NCBI RefSeq assembly: GCF_001194135.2
Contig: NC_068982.1
Coordinates: forward strand, 11,957,473-11,996,393
Direction: 5' to 3'
Origin: Octopus bimaculoides
Taxonomy: Eukaryota
Length of the DNA: 38,921 nucleotides
Every line of letters begins with the position of its first letter. Within the stretch, counting starts at the first letter, position 1. The position numbers and the translations under genes are program-made. Below the pieces are notes generated by a model. That model saw only the letters and a list, made by a program, of their open reading frames with translations, ran no database searches and was not told where the DNA came from. Below, one piece after another: positions 1 to 11,549 of this stretch.

Positions 1-348
1 ACATGAGATGCACCATTTTGAGCGTGGCCGTTGCCAGTACCGCCTGACTGGCTCCTGTAGGATTTTCGAGCAAGATCGTTGCCAGCACCCCTGGACTGGC
101 TTGTGCGGGTGGCACATAAAAGACACCATTTCGAGCGTGGCCGTTTTCGTGCGGGTGACACGTAAAAGCACCCACTACACTCTCTGAGTGGTTGGCGTTA
201 GGAAGGGCATCCAGCTGTAGAAACTCTGCCAAATCAGACTGGAGCCTGGTGTTGCCATCCGGTTTCACCAGTCCTCAGTCAAATCGTCCAACCCATGCTA
301 GCATGGAAAGCGGATGTTAAACGATGATGATGATGATGATGATGATGA
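1..348 (+). mobile_element. RTE-clade LINE 3' UTR end (family A) with (GAT)n tail; starts before window
   Basis: Ends ...AGGAAGGGCATCCAGCTGTAGAAA...CCCATGCTAGCATGGAAAGCGGATGTTAAAC(GAT)n. The same tail follows an RTE-like ORF end at 38409-38707. CpG-rich, so probably young. Confidence 0.75.
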
Positions 349-441
349 TATACATACATACACACACACAGAAAGATAGACTGAGAGATACAATTGAGTG
401 GGGAAACAAAATTATGAAACACTGCCTTGAAGAATTTTTTG

Positions 442-599
442 TTGAATGAATCAACCCCAGTGCTTTATTTTTAATTTCAATAAACCTGGTACTTATTCTC
501 TCAGTCTCTTCTAGTCAAACCAGTAAGCTATGGGGATGTAAATAAACCAACAGCAGTTGTCAAACAGCGATGAAGGAGAAACAAAGACACACTCATACA

Positions 600-600
<1 letters not shown>
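442..600 (-). mobile_element. SINE family B, 3' fragment
   Basis: Matches the AATCAACCCCAG...GGTACTTATT...TAAGCTATGGGGATGTAAATAAACCAAC segment of the full family-B copies in this window. Confidence 0.75.
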
Positions 601-640
<40 letters not shown>

Positions 641-1567
641 NNNNNNNNNNNNNNNNNNNNNNNNNNNNNNNNNNNNNNNNNNNNNNNNNNNNNNNNNNNN
701 NNNNNNNNNNNNNNNNNNNNNNNNNNNNNNNNNNNNNNNNNNNNNNNNNNNNNNNNNNNNNNNNNNNNNNNNNNNNNNNNNNNNNNNNNNNNNNNNNNNN
801 NNNNNNNNNNNNNNNNNNNNNNNNNNNNNNNNNNNNNNNNNNNNNNNNNNNNNNNNNNNNNNNNNNNNNNNNNNNNNNNNNNNNNNNNNNNNNNNNNNNN
901 NNNNNNNNNNNNNNNNNNNNNNNNNNNNNNNNNNNNNNNNNNNNNNNNNNNNNNNNNNNNNNNNNNNNNNNNNNNNNNNNNNNNNNNNNNNNNNNNNNNN
1001 NNNNNNNNNNNNNNNNNNNNNNNNNNNNNNNNNNNNNNNNNNNNNNNNNNNNNNNNNNNNNNNNNNNNNNNNNNNNNNNNNNNNNNNNNNNNNNNNNNNN
1101 NNNNNNNNNNNNNNNNNNNNNNNNNNNNNNNNNNNNNNNNNNNNNNNNNNNNNNNNNNNNNNNNNNNNNNNNNNNNNNNNNNNNNNNNNNNNNNNNNNNN
1201 NNNNNNNNNNNNNNNNNNNNNNNNNNNNNNNNNNNNNNNNNNNNNNNNNNNNNNNNNNNNNNNNNNNNNNNNNNNNNNNNNNNNNNNNNNNNNNNNNNNN
1301 NNNNNNNNNNNNNNNNNNNNNNNNNNNNNNNNNNNNNNNNNNNNNNNNNNNNNNNNNNNNNNNNNNNNNNNNNNNNNNNNNNNNNNNNNNNNNNNNNNNN
1401 NNNNNNNNNNNNNNNNNNNNNNNNNNNNNNNNNNNNNNNNNNNNNNNNNNNNNNNNNNNNNNNNNNNNNNNNNNNNNNNNNNNNNNNNNNNNNNNNNNNN
1501 NNNNNNNNNNNNNNNNNNNNNNNNNNNNNNNNNNNNNNNNNNNNNNNNNNNNNNNNNNNNNNNNNNN
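641..1567. other. Assembly gap flanked by (TA)n
   Basis: Run of N with (TA)n on both sides. Confidence 1.
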
Positions 1568-1620
<53 letters not shown>

Positions 1621-1729
1621 TATACATACATATATATACATAATATCTATTTATATCTATCTACCTATGTATGTATATATATGTGTGTGTGTATGCCTGT
1701 ATATATGTGAGATAATAGTTTCAGTATTA

Positions 1730-2013
1730 ATAGTGTAACTATTAAAGTGAAAGTATCTGACATTACAATAGAGAGATGTTATTGTTTCACTTTTGACACA
1801 TAATACAGAAATAGAAGAGATAAGAGATTACTCTGGGCTCACATTAGGCAAGACGTTGAAAATTTTTTGGGCCCATGACACTACATGGACACTAATTCAG
1901 GCATGTGTAAAATTTGAATGAAATCAGTTGTGTAGTTCTCAAGTTTTAGGGATTCAGACATACAAACAGACACACATACACACGCACATTCTCATTTTTA
2001 TATATATATAGAT
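1730..2013 (+). mobile_element. Possible Helitron/Helentron-type non-autonomous element, 3' part
   Basis: Ends GTGTAAAATTTGAATGAAATCAGTTGTGTAGTTCTCAAGTTTTAGGGATTCAGACATACAAACAGACACAC...TTTTTATATATATATAGAT. This resembles DINE-1/HINE-like 3' ends (recalled, unverified). Confidence 0.4.
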
Positions 2014-2089
2014 TATTGGATTGTCAATAGTATTTCTCTATTTAACTCATCTTGATACAAACACACACACACATATATATATATATATA

Positions 2090-2310
2090 GTGTGTGTGTG
2101 TTGCTTTTGTATCTGTGTTTGCTTGACAACTAGTGTTGGTTTGTTTATATCCCTGTAACTCAGTGGTTCAGCAAAAGATACTGATAGAATAAGTACCAGG
2201 CTTTAAAAAAAATGTGTACAGGAGTCAATTAAGTCAACTAAAAAATTTTCAATGCAATGCCCCAGCATGGCCTCTGTCTCATGACTGAAACAAGTAAAAG
2301 ATAAAAGATA
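2090..2310 (+). mobile_element. SINE family B, 3' half
   Basis: GCTTGACAAC...GATAGAATAAGTACCAGG...CCCCAGCATGG...GACTGAAACAAGTAAAAGATAAAAGA tail. Confidence 0.8.
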
Positions 2311-2311
2311 T

Positions 2312-2623
2312 AGGAGTACTCCATCGGGTATGACGACGAGAGTCCCAGCTGACACAATCAACAGAACAGCTTGCTCATGAAATTAACATGCAAGTGGATG
2401 AGTACTCCACAGATACGTGTACTCTTAATGTAGTTCTCAGAGATTCAATGTGACAAGGCTGGCCCTTTGAAATACAGGTACAACTCATTTTTGCTAGCTG
2501 AGTGGAATGGAGTAACGAGAAATAAAGAGTCTTGCTCAAGGACACAACGTGTCACCGGGAATTGAGCTCATGACCCTATGATCATGAGCTGAACGCCCTA
2601 ACCACTAAGCCACAAGCCTTCAC
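2312..2623 (-). mobile_element. tRNA-headed SINE family D
   Basis: Reverse complement begins GTGAAGGCTTGTGGCTTAGTGGTTAGGGCG (A-box like) and has GAGCTCAATTCCCGG (B-box like), then GTGTCCTTGAGCAAGAC...CCACTCAGCTAGCAAAAATGAGT. Related copies lie at 6675 and 32410. Confidence 0.75.
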
Positions 2624-2643
2624 TATATATATATGTGTGTGTG

Positions 2644-2802
2644 GGTCTCTGAGTGGTTGGCGTTAGGAAGGGCATCCAGCTGTAGAAACTCTGCCAAATT
2701 AGATTGGAGCCTGGTGTAGCCATCCGGTTGCACCAGTCCTCAGTCAAATCGTCCAACCCATGCTAGCATGGAAAACGGACGTTAAACGATGATGATGATG
2801 AT
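2644..2802 (+). mobile_element. RTE family A, 3' terminal fragment
   Basis: Near-identical to 183-340 and ends in (GAT)n. Confidence 0.8.
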
Positions 2803-3725
2803 GTGCATGTGTGCATGCCTATTTCATCTTTCTACTATTAAGTTAACCTTGACAAATATTGCTTCTAAAGATCTTGGCAATTCATTATCCATGAAATCAT
2901 ATATAAACAGGAAGATATTGACATTAAGCAAATCCCTTCACCATCAGAATGCTATTGGGTGGATTTAAAAGTAAACAGGGTCATTATCAAGTTTATGTAA
3001 TAGAACCAATGTTAACAATATCAACACAACGGAAATCATTTGTTTACTTGCAAATTTTTTTAACTCGTGGAAATAGTTTAGAATTTCACTTATATGTTAT
3101 AGTAAATTGTTTAGACATAATTTCTGAGACAAATGAAGTATTAGATTTCAGTTTTATATATAATTGGTACATCATTAATGATGTGGATTTGTTTCAAATA
3201 GTTAACCGGCTTTTCTCTGAAATACCATTTGGATTAATAGCAATATAATAATAGATTAAATCAAGTGGATAATTACTAAATGAAATGCAATCAATGTCAT
3301 TGACATTGTTGTTGTTGTTTCTCACATGTATTTCCCTTTGGCATAAATTCAGCATATGCACGTGTAACTGTGCAAGCTACTAGTACAGAGTGAACCGTTT
3401 CTTCAAAGATGCTTGTAGGGTTTGTGATTTGGAATTACAGCCAGAGAAGATATGATATTTAAGGTCTGGATTACAGGCTTAAGCTTAAGGCTGATTGTTT
3501 AGATTTTTAGTCTAGATTTTGCTAAATAAATTTAAGTGCATTTGATCAGAAATACACTGAACAAAGTAGTTAAAATTCTTCAGAGATATGTTGTTATTTC
3601 TTGAAATATATTACTGAAATAGTCTCTATATATCTCTCTTATCTTACAACATCAATAAGGATAACAAGAACATGAACCATGTAAGCATATATATATATAT
3701 ATATATATTTAGCACACACATATAT

Positions 3726-3911
3726 CTCTTTTACTTGTTTCAGTCATTTGACTGGCCATGCTGGAGCACCACCTTTAGTCGAACAAATCGACCCCAGGAA
3801 TTATTCTTTGTAAGCCTAATACTTATTCTATCGGTCTCCTTTGCTGTACCGCTAAGTTACAAGGATGTAAATAAACCAACATCGGGGGGACAAACAAGGG
3901 CACACAAACAT

Positions 3912-3946
<35 letters not shown>

Positions 3947-4143
3947 CATACACAAACACACACACACACACATATATACACGACCGGCTTCTTTCAGTTT
4001 CTGTCTATCAAATCCACTCACAAGGCTTTGATCAGCCCAGAACTATAGTAGAAGACACATGCCCAAGGTGCCACACAGTGGGACTGAACCTGGAACCATG
4101 TGGTTGGTAAGCAAGCTACATACCAAGCAGCCATTCCTGCACC
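3726..4143 (-). mobile_element. tRNA-headed SINE family B, near full length
   Basis: Reverse complement has head GGAATGGCTGCTTGGTATGTAG, B-box-like GGTTCCAGGTTCAGTCCC, CORE-like GGCACCTTGGGCA, an internal (TA)/(CA) run, and tail GACTGAAACAAGTAAAAGAG. Confidence 0.85.
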
Positions 4144-4696
4144 CATATATTTTGCTGTAATATATCCTTAGATAAGATGCCAATTTTCTTACACAAATTA
4201 CTCACGTAAGCAATGAAACTAATAAATTGAGATGTAACTGAAAAATTAATTAACAAATTATTTTTTCAAAACAAAATTTTCATTATTTACTTCTTTTGGT
4301 TTTTAATTTCTGTCAAATGAATTAATTTGAATAATAATTCATTAGTAACTTGTTGCTTTAATGAACAATAGGTCTTGTTGCATCCATTTGTTTCATATTT
4401 CAGACAATAATGTGTATTAATTACCTTTTCAGGTCTTCATTTAACCATGCACGGGATGCATAAAGTTTTTAAAAAAACACTAATAATTTTAGCCTGAATA
4501 TAATAAAACAGGGCAAATGAATGGTGTCGACTATGGCAACTAAATTTTAAAATAATTAAAGGTTGGCAGAATCATCTGAACATAAGACACACTACTCGCA
4601 GCATTTATTTGGAGTTCTTGCTTTTTGCTTATCAAATCATGTCAAAGTCAACCTTACTCTTCAACTTTCTGGGGGCAATAAATAAAGTAACTTGAA

Positions 4697-5046
4697 GGCG
4701 GCGAGCTGGCAGAAACGTTAGCACACCGGGCGAAATGCTTAGCAATATTTCGTCTGCCGCTACGTTCTGAGTTCAAATTCCGCCAAGGTCGAATTTGCCT
4801 TTCATCCTTTCGGGGTCGATTAAATAAGTACCAGTTATGCACTGGGGTTGATATAATCGACTTAATCCATTTGTCCTTGTTTGTCCCCTCTGAGTTTAGC
4901 CTCTTGTGGGTAGTAAAGAAATAAGACATGTTAGCATGCCGGGCGAAATGCTTAGCGGTATTTCGTCTGTCTTTATGCTCTGACTTCAAATTCTGCTGAG
5001 ATTGACTTTGCCTTTCATCCTTTTGGGGTCGATAAATTAAGTACAT
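4697..5046 (+). mobile_element. tRNA-headed SINE family C, head-to-tail dimer
   Basis: GGCGGCGAGCTGGCAGAAACGTTAGC, B-box GAGTTCAAATTCC, then GCCTTTCATCCTTTCGGGGTCGAT. The second unit starts at about 4927 and lacks the first ~17 nt. Confidence 0.85.
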
Positions 5047-5569
5047 TAAATGATGATGATGATGATGAATATAGGGATGCATTTTCATTTAAGTTAATAT
5101 TCACTTTCTAACTAAGTATACAGTACAGTTTACTTTAAAAGCCTTCACACAAGACTTTACTATCATAGGAATATAAGATTTCTCAAGAACAGTAGAGATA
5201 ATCATCAAAATATATAAGATGGTGGGTTGAATGAGATACTTTATGTTTATATTTTCAAATGAAAGCATTAACATTCAATTAACAGCTGATGGGAATCCAG
5301 ATGTAAATATATGCCTAAAGGATTAATCTCATCTCCCAAACCCTACTGAAATGAAGCTGACATAAAAAATTAAAATTTGTTAAGGTCAATGATGTTGACT
5401 GCATAATCAACTAACGTTCAGCAAATGTGTTGGCAGCTTGTAAACTATCACTTGACTTTTGCTCTTAGCCCTAAACACTTGGCTCCCAACAGCTCTGAGC
5501 AACTAGCTGTAAAGACATACCAGAAGTAGGGTAAACTCCACCACCACAGAATGAACTAATAAGGGAATC

Positions 5570-5990
5570 ACTATGTAGTGAGTCAATCTGTTAGAAACTG
5601 AGGCCTAAAAGTGCCTCGACCTTAAGGCACATGCCTTAGCTCAGCTAGCAGAATTGCCATTCCGGGACTTTGGCGGCAGCGGCCTCGCCATCATCGATGT
5701 CCTGCTCGACTTGTTCTAAGAGATTGAAATGAAAAGGATCGCTTGCATTTGACTCGACTTGCTGTTTGAAGTGACGTGTTTAGGAGAGCAACTACCACAA
5801 TATGATCTATTGAGTCTCTACTCGCAAACGACACGATCCGCAAAAAAGAAAAGAAATTGAGGCCTAATATCTATCAAATAAGATCTTACTGTCTTAAAGA
5901 AAAAGAGCACACTGGATAATGTAGTTCCAGATTCATTGGAAAAGACATTGCCATGGCAGAGTTGAGACCCTGGGTGAAACAATTACAATA
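5570..5990 (+). repeat. Interspersed repeat (family F), interrupted by the 5609-5853 insertion
   Basis: GTCAATCTGTTAGAAA...ATCTATCAAATAAGATCTTACTGTCTTAAAG...GGATAATGTAGTTCC resembles 15925-16090 and 17010-17100 (CTGCAAGAAATAGCAACCATATCTCCCTCAAATCAC). Confidence 0.5.
5609..5853 (+). mobile_element. 5'-truncated retroposed insertion of unrecognised family
   Basis: Flanked by AAA(C/T)TGAGGCCTAA at 5595-5608 and 5854-5867. It has an A-rich 3' end (AAAAAAGAAAAG) and an open frame KCLDLKAHALAQLAELPFRDFGGSGLAIIDVLLDLF* at its 5' end. Confidence 0.7.
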
Positions 5991-6324
5991 ACATGAGGTA
6001 CTATAAAACTTATGTTTTATTTATCATAGTTACAAACTAACAAAACATAAGATGAGAAGCATTTCTCGGGTGATGTCTGCAAAGTGTTTATGTCAGAAAA
6101 TATTTAAAAAAGCCTCACAAACATTCACTTACATTGCAGAATTCTTCCAGTTAACTCAAAGATAAAAAAAGCCAGGAAAGTATGACCCAAATTTCTTCCA
6201 ACATTACAGTTACTCAACTAACCCCACCAATATTCCAAATTCTAACATTCTCATAATTCTAATAATAATATTCTCATAATTCTAATATACTAAACTTATT
6301 TCCAATCAATATCTCTTGTGTTCT

Positions 6325-6526
6325 AAGGCAGAAATGTTAGCATGCCAGGTGAAATGCTTAGCAGAATTTCCTCTGATTTATGTTCTGAGTTCAAATTCCG
6401 CCAAGGTCGACTTTGCTTTTCATCCTTTCGGGGTCAATAAATTAAGTACCAGTTACCTACTAGTTTTGATCTAATCAACTGGCCCCACTCCTCAAAATTT
6501 TGGGTCTTGTGCCTAGAGTAGAAAAG
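6325..6526 (+). mobile_element. SINE family C with 17-bp TSD
   Basis: AATATCTCTTGTGTTCT occurs exactly at 6308-6324 and 6527-6543. B-box GAGTTCAAATTCC is inside. Confidence 0.9.
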
Positions 6527-6674
6527 AATATCTCTTGTGTTCTTGACCCAAATTGCATTCATTGACTCATAAAGAATGTCTGAAGGAATTTCATAAAATG
6601 GAAGTTGATTTAAATATTTCTTCTTTTGGGTGCAGGTGTTCTATTATTTTTAGTGACTACTGTGTAAAACTTAG

Positions 6675-6900
6675 TGAAGGCACATGTCTTAGTGGTTACA
6701 GTGTTGGACTCATGATTATAAGATTGTAGTTTCAATTCCTGAACCAGGTGATGTGTTGCGTTCTTGAGCAAGACACTTCATTTCACATTGCTCCAGTCCA
6801 CTCAGCTGGTAAAAATGAGTAATGCTGCAACAGACTGCTGTTCTGTCCAGGGAGGAATATATTATGCCAGAGAAACCAGGGAACCAGCCTTATGCTCCTT
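6675..6900 (+). mobile_element. SINE family D
   Basis: GTGAAGGCACATGTCTTAGTGGTTA...TTCTTGAGCAAGACAC...CCACTCAGCTGGTAAAAATGAGT. Confidence 0.7.
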
Positions 6901-7926
6901 ATAGAATAATGTGGACCAAACATTGTGTACACTTACGAATCTTTATTCTTAGAGTTGTTGTAATTGCGTATGTTTCCACTAAAAACCTTCAATATTAACT
7001 TGGTTGTTTGTTCTGATTCTATTTCCATCTTATTATTTGTCTCTCATATCTTTGACTCTTACACAGTGGTTAGTCTTTAATCTCTTTATAAATGGAATCT
7101 ACACATATGTCTCTCATAATAAAAACTTGATGAATTAATTAAACATTGTAAACTGACGTACTAATAATTCTTAGTAAAAGCAGTGAATAAATATAGATTA
7201 GGGAAATAACGAATGTATTACAAATGTATTGTGGCTACAACAAGTTATATCTATTAGATTATAATTTCTTTTATTAGCCACAAAGGCCTAAGATTTTGAG
7301 GAAGGTCCATAGGGGAAATTAATAAGAAAACAAGCAGGGGATTTGCATTGAGTCGAATTGTGAGCAACAAAAGTAAATAATAATAAAATGGTATTAATAC
7401 TGCAAATGGAAAATAAAAACAGGAAATATTAAATAAATAATGAAAATATACAATAAAGAAAAATACATTTGTTCAAAAATGAAATAAAGTTGCTTAATGA
7501 AATAGTCTTTGAATTAGATATTTCTGATAATTTCATAGTTGTATTATATGAGAATTATGTATCACTTGTATAAAGAGAAATAATTAAATTTGCTGATTAC
7601 TCTTGCAGTTGGGTCATTGCTGATAAAGTGACTAGCCAATTATTTGATTAAAATTTTACTTTTTAAAAATGTTTTTTTTTTAATATTCTAAGACTGATGT
7701 TTTTCAATTCTAAAAATATTCTTTATCTTCATTGCAGATTAACTTCCATAAAATAGCAATCAAAAATTATAAATATTTCTGCTATGTTTATCAAAACCAG
7801 TCATGATAAGGCCTATTTCATATTTCCTCATTTGTTTTAAAATAATTTTGTGATCAGCTTTAACTCTCAGCCACCCCTACAACAATCACAAGGGATCCTT
7901 TCAAATCAGATTCTTATATTTTTTAT

Positions 7927-8162
7927 TCTCTTCTTTTACTTGTTTCAGTCATTAGATCACGGCCATGCTGGAGCACCACCTTCAAGAATTTTAGCTGAAT
8001 GAATCAACCCCAGTATTTATTTTAGGTTTTTTTTTTTTTCAAAGCCTGATGTTTATTCTATTGGCCTCATGTGCAGAACTGGTAAGTTATGGGAACATAA
8101 ATACACCAACACCGGTTGTCAAGTGGTGGTGGGGGACAAACACAAACATGCACGCACACACA

Positions 8163-8197
<35 letters not shown>

Positions 8198-8352
8198 ATG
8201 GGCTTCTTTCAGTTTCTGTCTACCAAATCCACTCACAAGGCTTTGGTCAGCCCAAGGCTATAGTAAAAAAAACACTTGCCCATGGCATCACATTGTGGGA
8301 CTGAACCCAGAACCATGTGGTTGGGATGCAAGCTTCTTACCACACAGTCACA
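7927..8352 (-). mobile_element. SINE family B, near full length
   Basis: Same architecture as 3726-4143. Confidence 0.85.
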
Positions 8353-8453
8353 CCTACACCTTCCTAATGTCTTACTTCTGTTTTAAAAAATGAATGAAGA
8401 GGCTGTTCTTTTTGTAGAAAATACATATTTTATGAATTACAAGCATAGTATAT

Positions 8454-8539
8454 GGAATTTTGAATGAAGTATCTATAAAACTAACATATAAACATGAAAT
8501 GGCTATGGGGGCCCACCAGAGTAGAATAGTAATCAAAGG
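8454..8539 (+). mobile_element. hAT-like MITE internal fragment
   Basis: Inverted near-identical copy of 9673-9758 (2 mismatches in 86 bp). Confidence 0.6.
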
Positions 8540-8802
8540 ACATGCTAGATTTTGAGAAGAATGAGCTGAGTATCGGCTGTTTAGTGAGTGACATTATTTA
8601 TGAGGTTAGCTTCAGTGCAATAAGACCAAGGAATGGCAGATTATAAGTCTTGTAAAATATTTGGAACTGTAATGCAGCTGGACAAAGACATGTGAATAAG
8701 GTTCTTTCTAATTGTATTTTTTTGTTTTGTGAATTGTGTGACGCCTATTTATGAATAATTTCATAATAGGTGAATTTGGAAAGAAAAATATAATTGTTTT
8801 AG

Positions 8803-9244
8803 CAGAGGCACAGTCATGGATGAATAGTCAAGAAGTTTGCTTTCCAAATTTGTGCTTCTAAGCTTGGTCTTTGATCTGCATGGCACCTTGGGTGAGAGTT
8901 TTCTACAAGAGCTGTAGAACAACACAAGCCTTACGAGTGAACTTAGAAGGTAAAAAACTGGAAGAAGCCCATTGTATATGCATGTGTGCTTATGCGCATA
9001 CATATTTGTGTGTGTGCCCATGCACATAAGTATTTGTGTGTGTGTTCATCTTGACATTGTGTGGCAGTTGTAAATATGCATTCCTTGTTTCCAGTCTGTG
9101 GAAATACGTCTGGTCATGGCAAAATATTACCTTACTTGGAACAGGTGAGGTTTGGCAATAGCAAGGACATCTGACCTTAGAAAAACTGCCTCATCTGATA
9201 CATGCAGGTATGAAAAAGTAGATGTTAAAATGATGTTGATGATG
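8803..9244 (+). mobile_element. Decayed SINE with family-B-like head and RTE-type (GAT)n tail
   Basis: GGCACCTTGGGTGAG...GAAGAAGCCC, followed by TTTGGCAATAGCAAGGACATCTG...GATGTTAAAATGATGTTGATGATG. Confidence 0.6.
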
Positions 9245-9479
9245 TAACAGCAGCACAAATTTAGCTCCAAGTCATCTCTGAATGAATAGACTTATTGGCA
9301 AAGACTTTCTACCCATGGCGATCCCATCTTTTTGTCTCAAACATAATGCATCAAGGACTATTTATTATGTATGCCCGTTCTCTACTTCAGATGACAAGAT
9401 GTGATATGAAGAATATTTATTTGGTTGTTATTTCTAGCAGATCAGACAACCACACAGAGGTTTGCTAAATATATCTAAA

Positions 9480-9611
9480 TGAGTCGTTGGTGTTAGGAAG
9501 GACATCCAGCTGTAGAAATCATGCCAAATCCAACTGGAACCTGGTGCAGCTCTCTGGCTCATGAGCTCCGGTCAAACCATCTAACTCATGCCAGCATGGA
9601 GAGTGGACATG

Positions 9612-9643
<32 letters not shown>
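9480..9643 (+). mobile_element. RTE family A, 3' fragment
   Basis: GTTGGTGTTAGGAAGGACATCCAGCTGTAGAAA...CCAGCATGGA...(GAT)n. Confidence 0.75.
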
Positions 9644-9647
<4 letters not shown>

Positions 9648-9659
9648 GAATATATATCC

Positions 9660-9998
9660 GGACATATGCACCCCTTTGATTACTATTCTACTCTGGTGAG
9701 CCCCCATAGCCATTTCATGTTTATATGTTAGTTTTATAGATACGTCATTCAAAATTCCTATTTTGTTTTTCACACATTCACTTGTTGCCACAATACTCTC
9801 CGAAAAAACATGTTTCAGTGGCCAGAAACATGTTAAACTATATAAAATATGAGAGAAAGAAACTTAGCTGTTTCTTGCAATAAATAAATCTAAAGCAATT
9901 TTTTTATGGGCTCCTTAAAATACCACTGTGGATTCCTAATTTACTATTTTGCTTGCAGAGACCCCCAAAAGTTCTATATGGATCCTAGTTGAGAACTG
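9660..9998. mobile_element. hAT-like MITE (GTTGAGAAC-type end)
   Basis: The right end GACCCCCAAAAGTTCTATATGGATCCTAGTTGAGAAC matches 15062-15101 (GGACCCTGGTTGAGAACCACTG). CAGTGGTTCTCAAC is a typical hAT/Charlie-type TIR. Confidence 0.6.
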
Positions 9999-10744
9999 AT
10001 ACTCTTTAATAAATCAAATATAGCTTAAACAGGAATGATTATTATGACTTATATTTTGTGACACTGAGGCAGTTTCAGTCCTATATTTATTTAAGCAGTA
10101 TTTATCTGTAGCAAGATATCACATCTCTATTTTCTGAGAATCGATTCAAGAAAGAAAAATTAATAAAATTCTATATTGCAGCTGAGGCTGATGTAAATTG
10201 GTATTGATAACTTTTAAATAAATATGTTCAATAAAGTCCAGACATTCAGTTGTAATATTTTAATCACCTGAGAGAAATGAATGGCATAATTAGTCCCAAC
10301 AGAATTTGAACTCAGAATAAACTGGGTCAGAAGTATATAGTGTGAGATAACGATCCCCTCTCTTTTAATTTAAATAGTCCAATTTGAAGAAGCAAATTTG
10401 AAGGAGAGCTATATATTATAGTTGTATAATTACTCTTTTGAATTGATTCTAAAGTACCACTGTCCAGTCAAGCAAACATCTGTCTGTGAAGTTACACATT
10501 AATAATAGGAATTTTATAATTAAGAAGTTAATTTAACCCTTTTAAATGCTTTGAATATTAAGCAATCATTTACATGGAACTCTTTGTACAAGAGTTATAA
10601 TCCAAACCTTTACAAGAGGATCACACTCTTTTAATTGTAGAGTTGCCTACAGCCTGAGAACCATAGGTTGGGTGTGGCTGATGCAAAGTATTTAGTCCAG
10701 CACTCTTCCTACCATTTGTCTGCCTTAATGTAAATTAATATTGG

Positions 10745-10937
10745 CTTCAAATTTTGGCACAAGGCCAGCAATTTCAGGGGAGGTGGGGGCTACTTGATTA
10801 CATCTACTCCAGTGCATCCCTGAAAGGATGAAAGGTAAAGTCGACCTCAGTAGAATTCGAACTCATAACATAAAGACAGATGAAATGTTGCTAAGTATTT
10901 TGCCCAATGTACTAATGATTCTGTCAGCTCACCACCT
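10745..10937 (-). mobile_element. SINE family C
   Basis: GAAAGGATGAAAGGTAAAGTCGACCTC...TTCGAACTC...CTGTCAGCTCACCACC. Confidence 0.8.
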
Positions 10938-10942
10938 TTTAA

Positions 10943-11548
10943 TCATCATCGTTTAACATCCGTTTTCCATGCTGGCATGAGTTGGACGGTTTGACTGAAG
11001 ACTGGCGAGCCAGGAGGCTGCAGCAGGCTTCAATCTGATCTGGCCAAGATTCTACAGCTGGATGCCCTTCCTAACACCAACCGCTCAGAGTGTAATGAGT
11101 GCTTTCTATGAGCCACCGGCATGAGGGCCAGTCAGGCAGTACTGGCATTGACCACGCTTGTATGGTATATTTTACGTGCCACCAGCATGGGGGTCAGTCA
11201 TGCAGCACTGGCATTGACTATGCTTGAAAGGTGCTTTTTACATGCCACCAGCACGGGAGCCAGTCAGGTGGCATTGGCATCAACCATGCTCGAATGGTTC
11301 TTTTTACATCATCATTGTTTAATGCCTGCTTTCCATGCTAGCATGGGTTGGACGGTTTGACTGAGGTCTGGAGAGCCAGCGGTTGCACCAGACTCCAATT
11401 TGTTTTGGCAAGGTTTCTACAGCTGAATGCCCTTCCTAACACCAACTACTCAGAGTGTAGTGGGTGCTTTTTACATTCCACCAACACGAGGGCCAGTCAG
11501 GCGGTACTGGCATTGGCCATGCTTGAGTGGTACTTTTTATGTGCCATC
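10943..11548 (-). mobile_element. Two tandem RTE family A 3' ends
   Basis: (ATC)n-GTTTAAC...CCATGC starts at about 10943 and again at about 11306. Both carry GC-rich UTR repeats. Confidence 0.75.
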
Positions 11549-11549
11549 T

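Noticed and set aside
528-1738. 300-390 aa ORFs over 528-1738, and similar ORFs at 23120-23431, 27058-28162 and 37485-37894
   Set aside because: They consist of N-gap X residues plus (TA)n/(CA)n translations.
2949-3248. 99-aa ORF in AT-rich DNA, with an overlapping exon-like frame WQFIIHEIIYKQEDIDIKQIPSPSECYWVDLK
   Set aside because: No recognisable domain and only weak splice signals (donor GTAAAC).
3726-4143. tRNA genes suggested by A/B-box motifs
   Set aside because: All such motifs are SINE heads continuing into SINE bodies, and no complete cloverleaf was seen.
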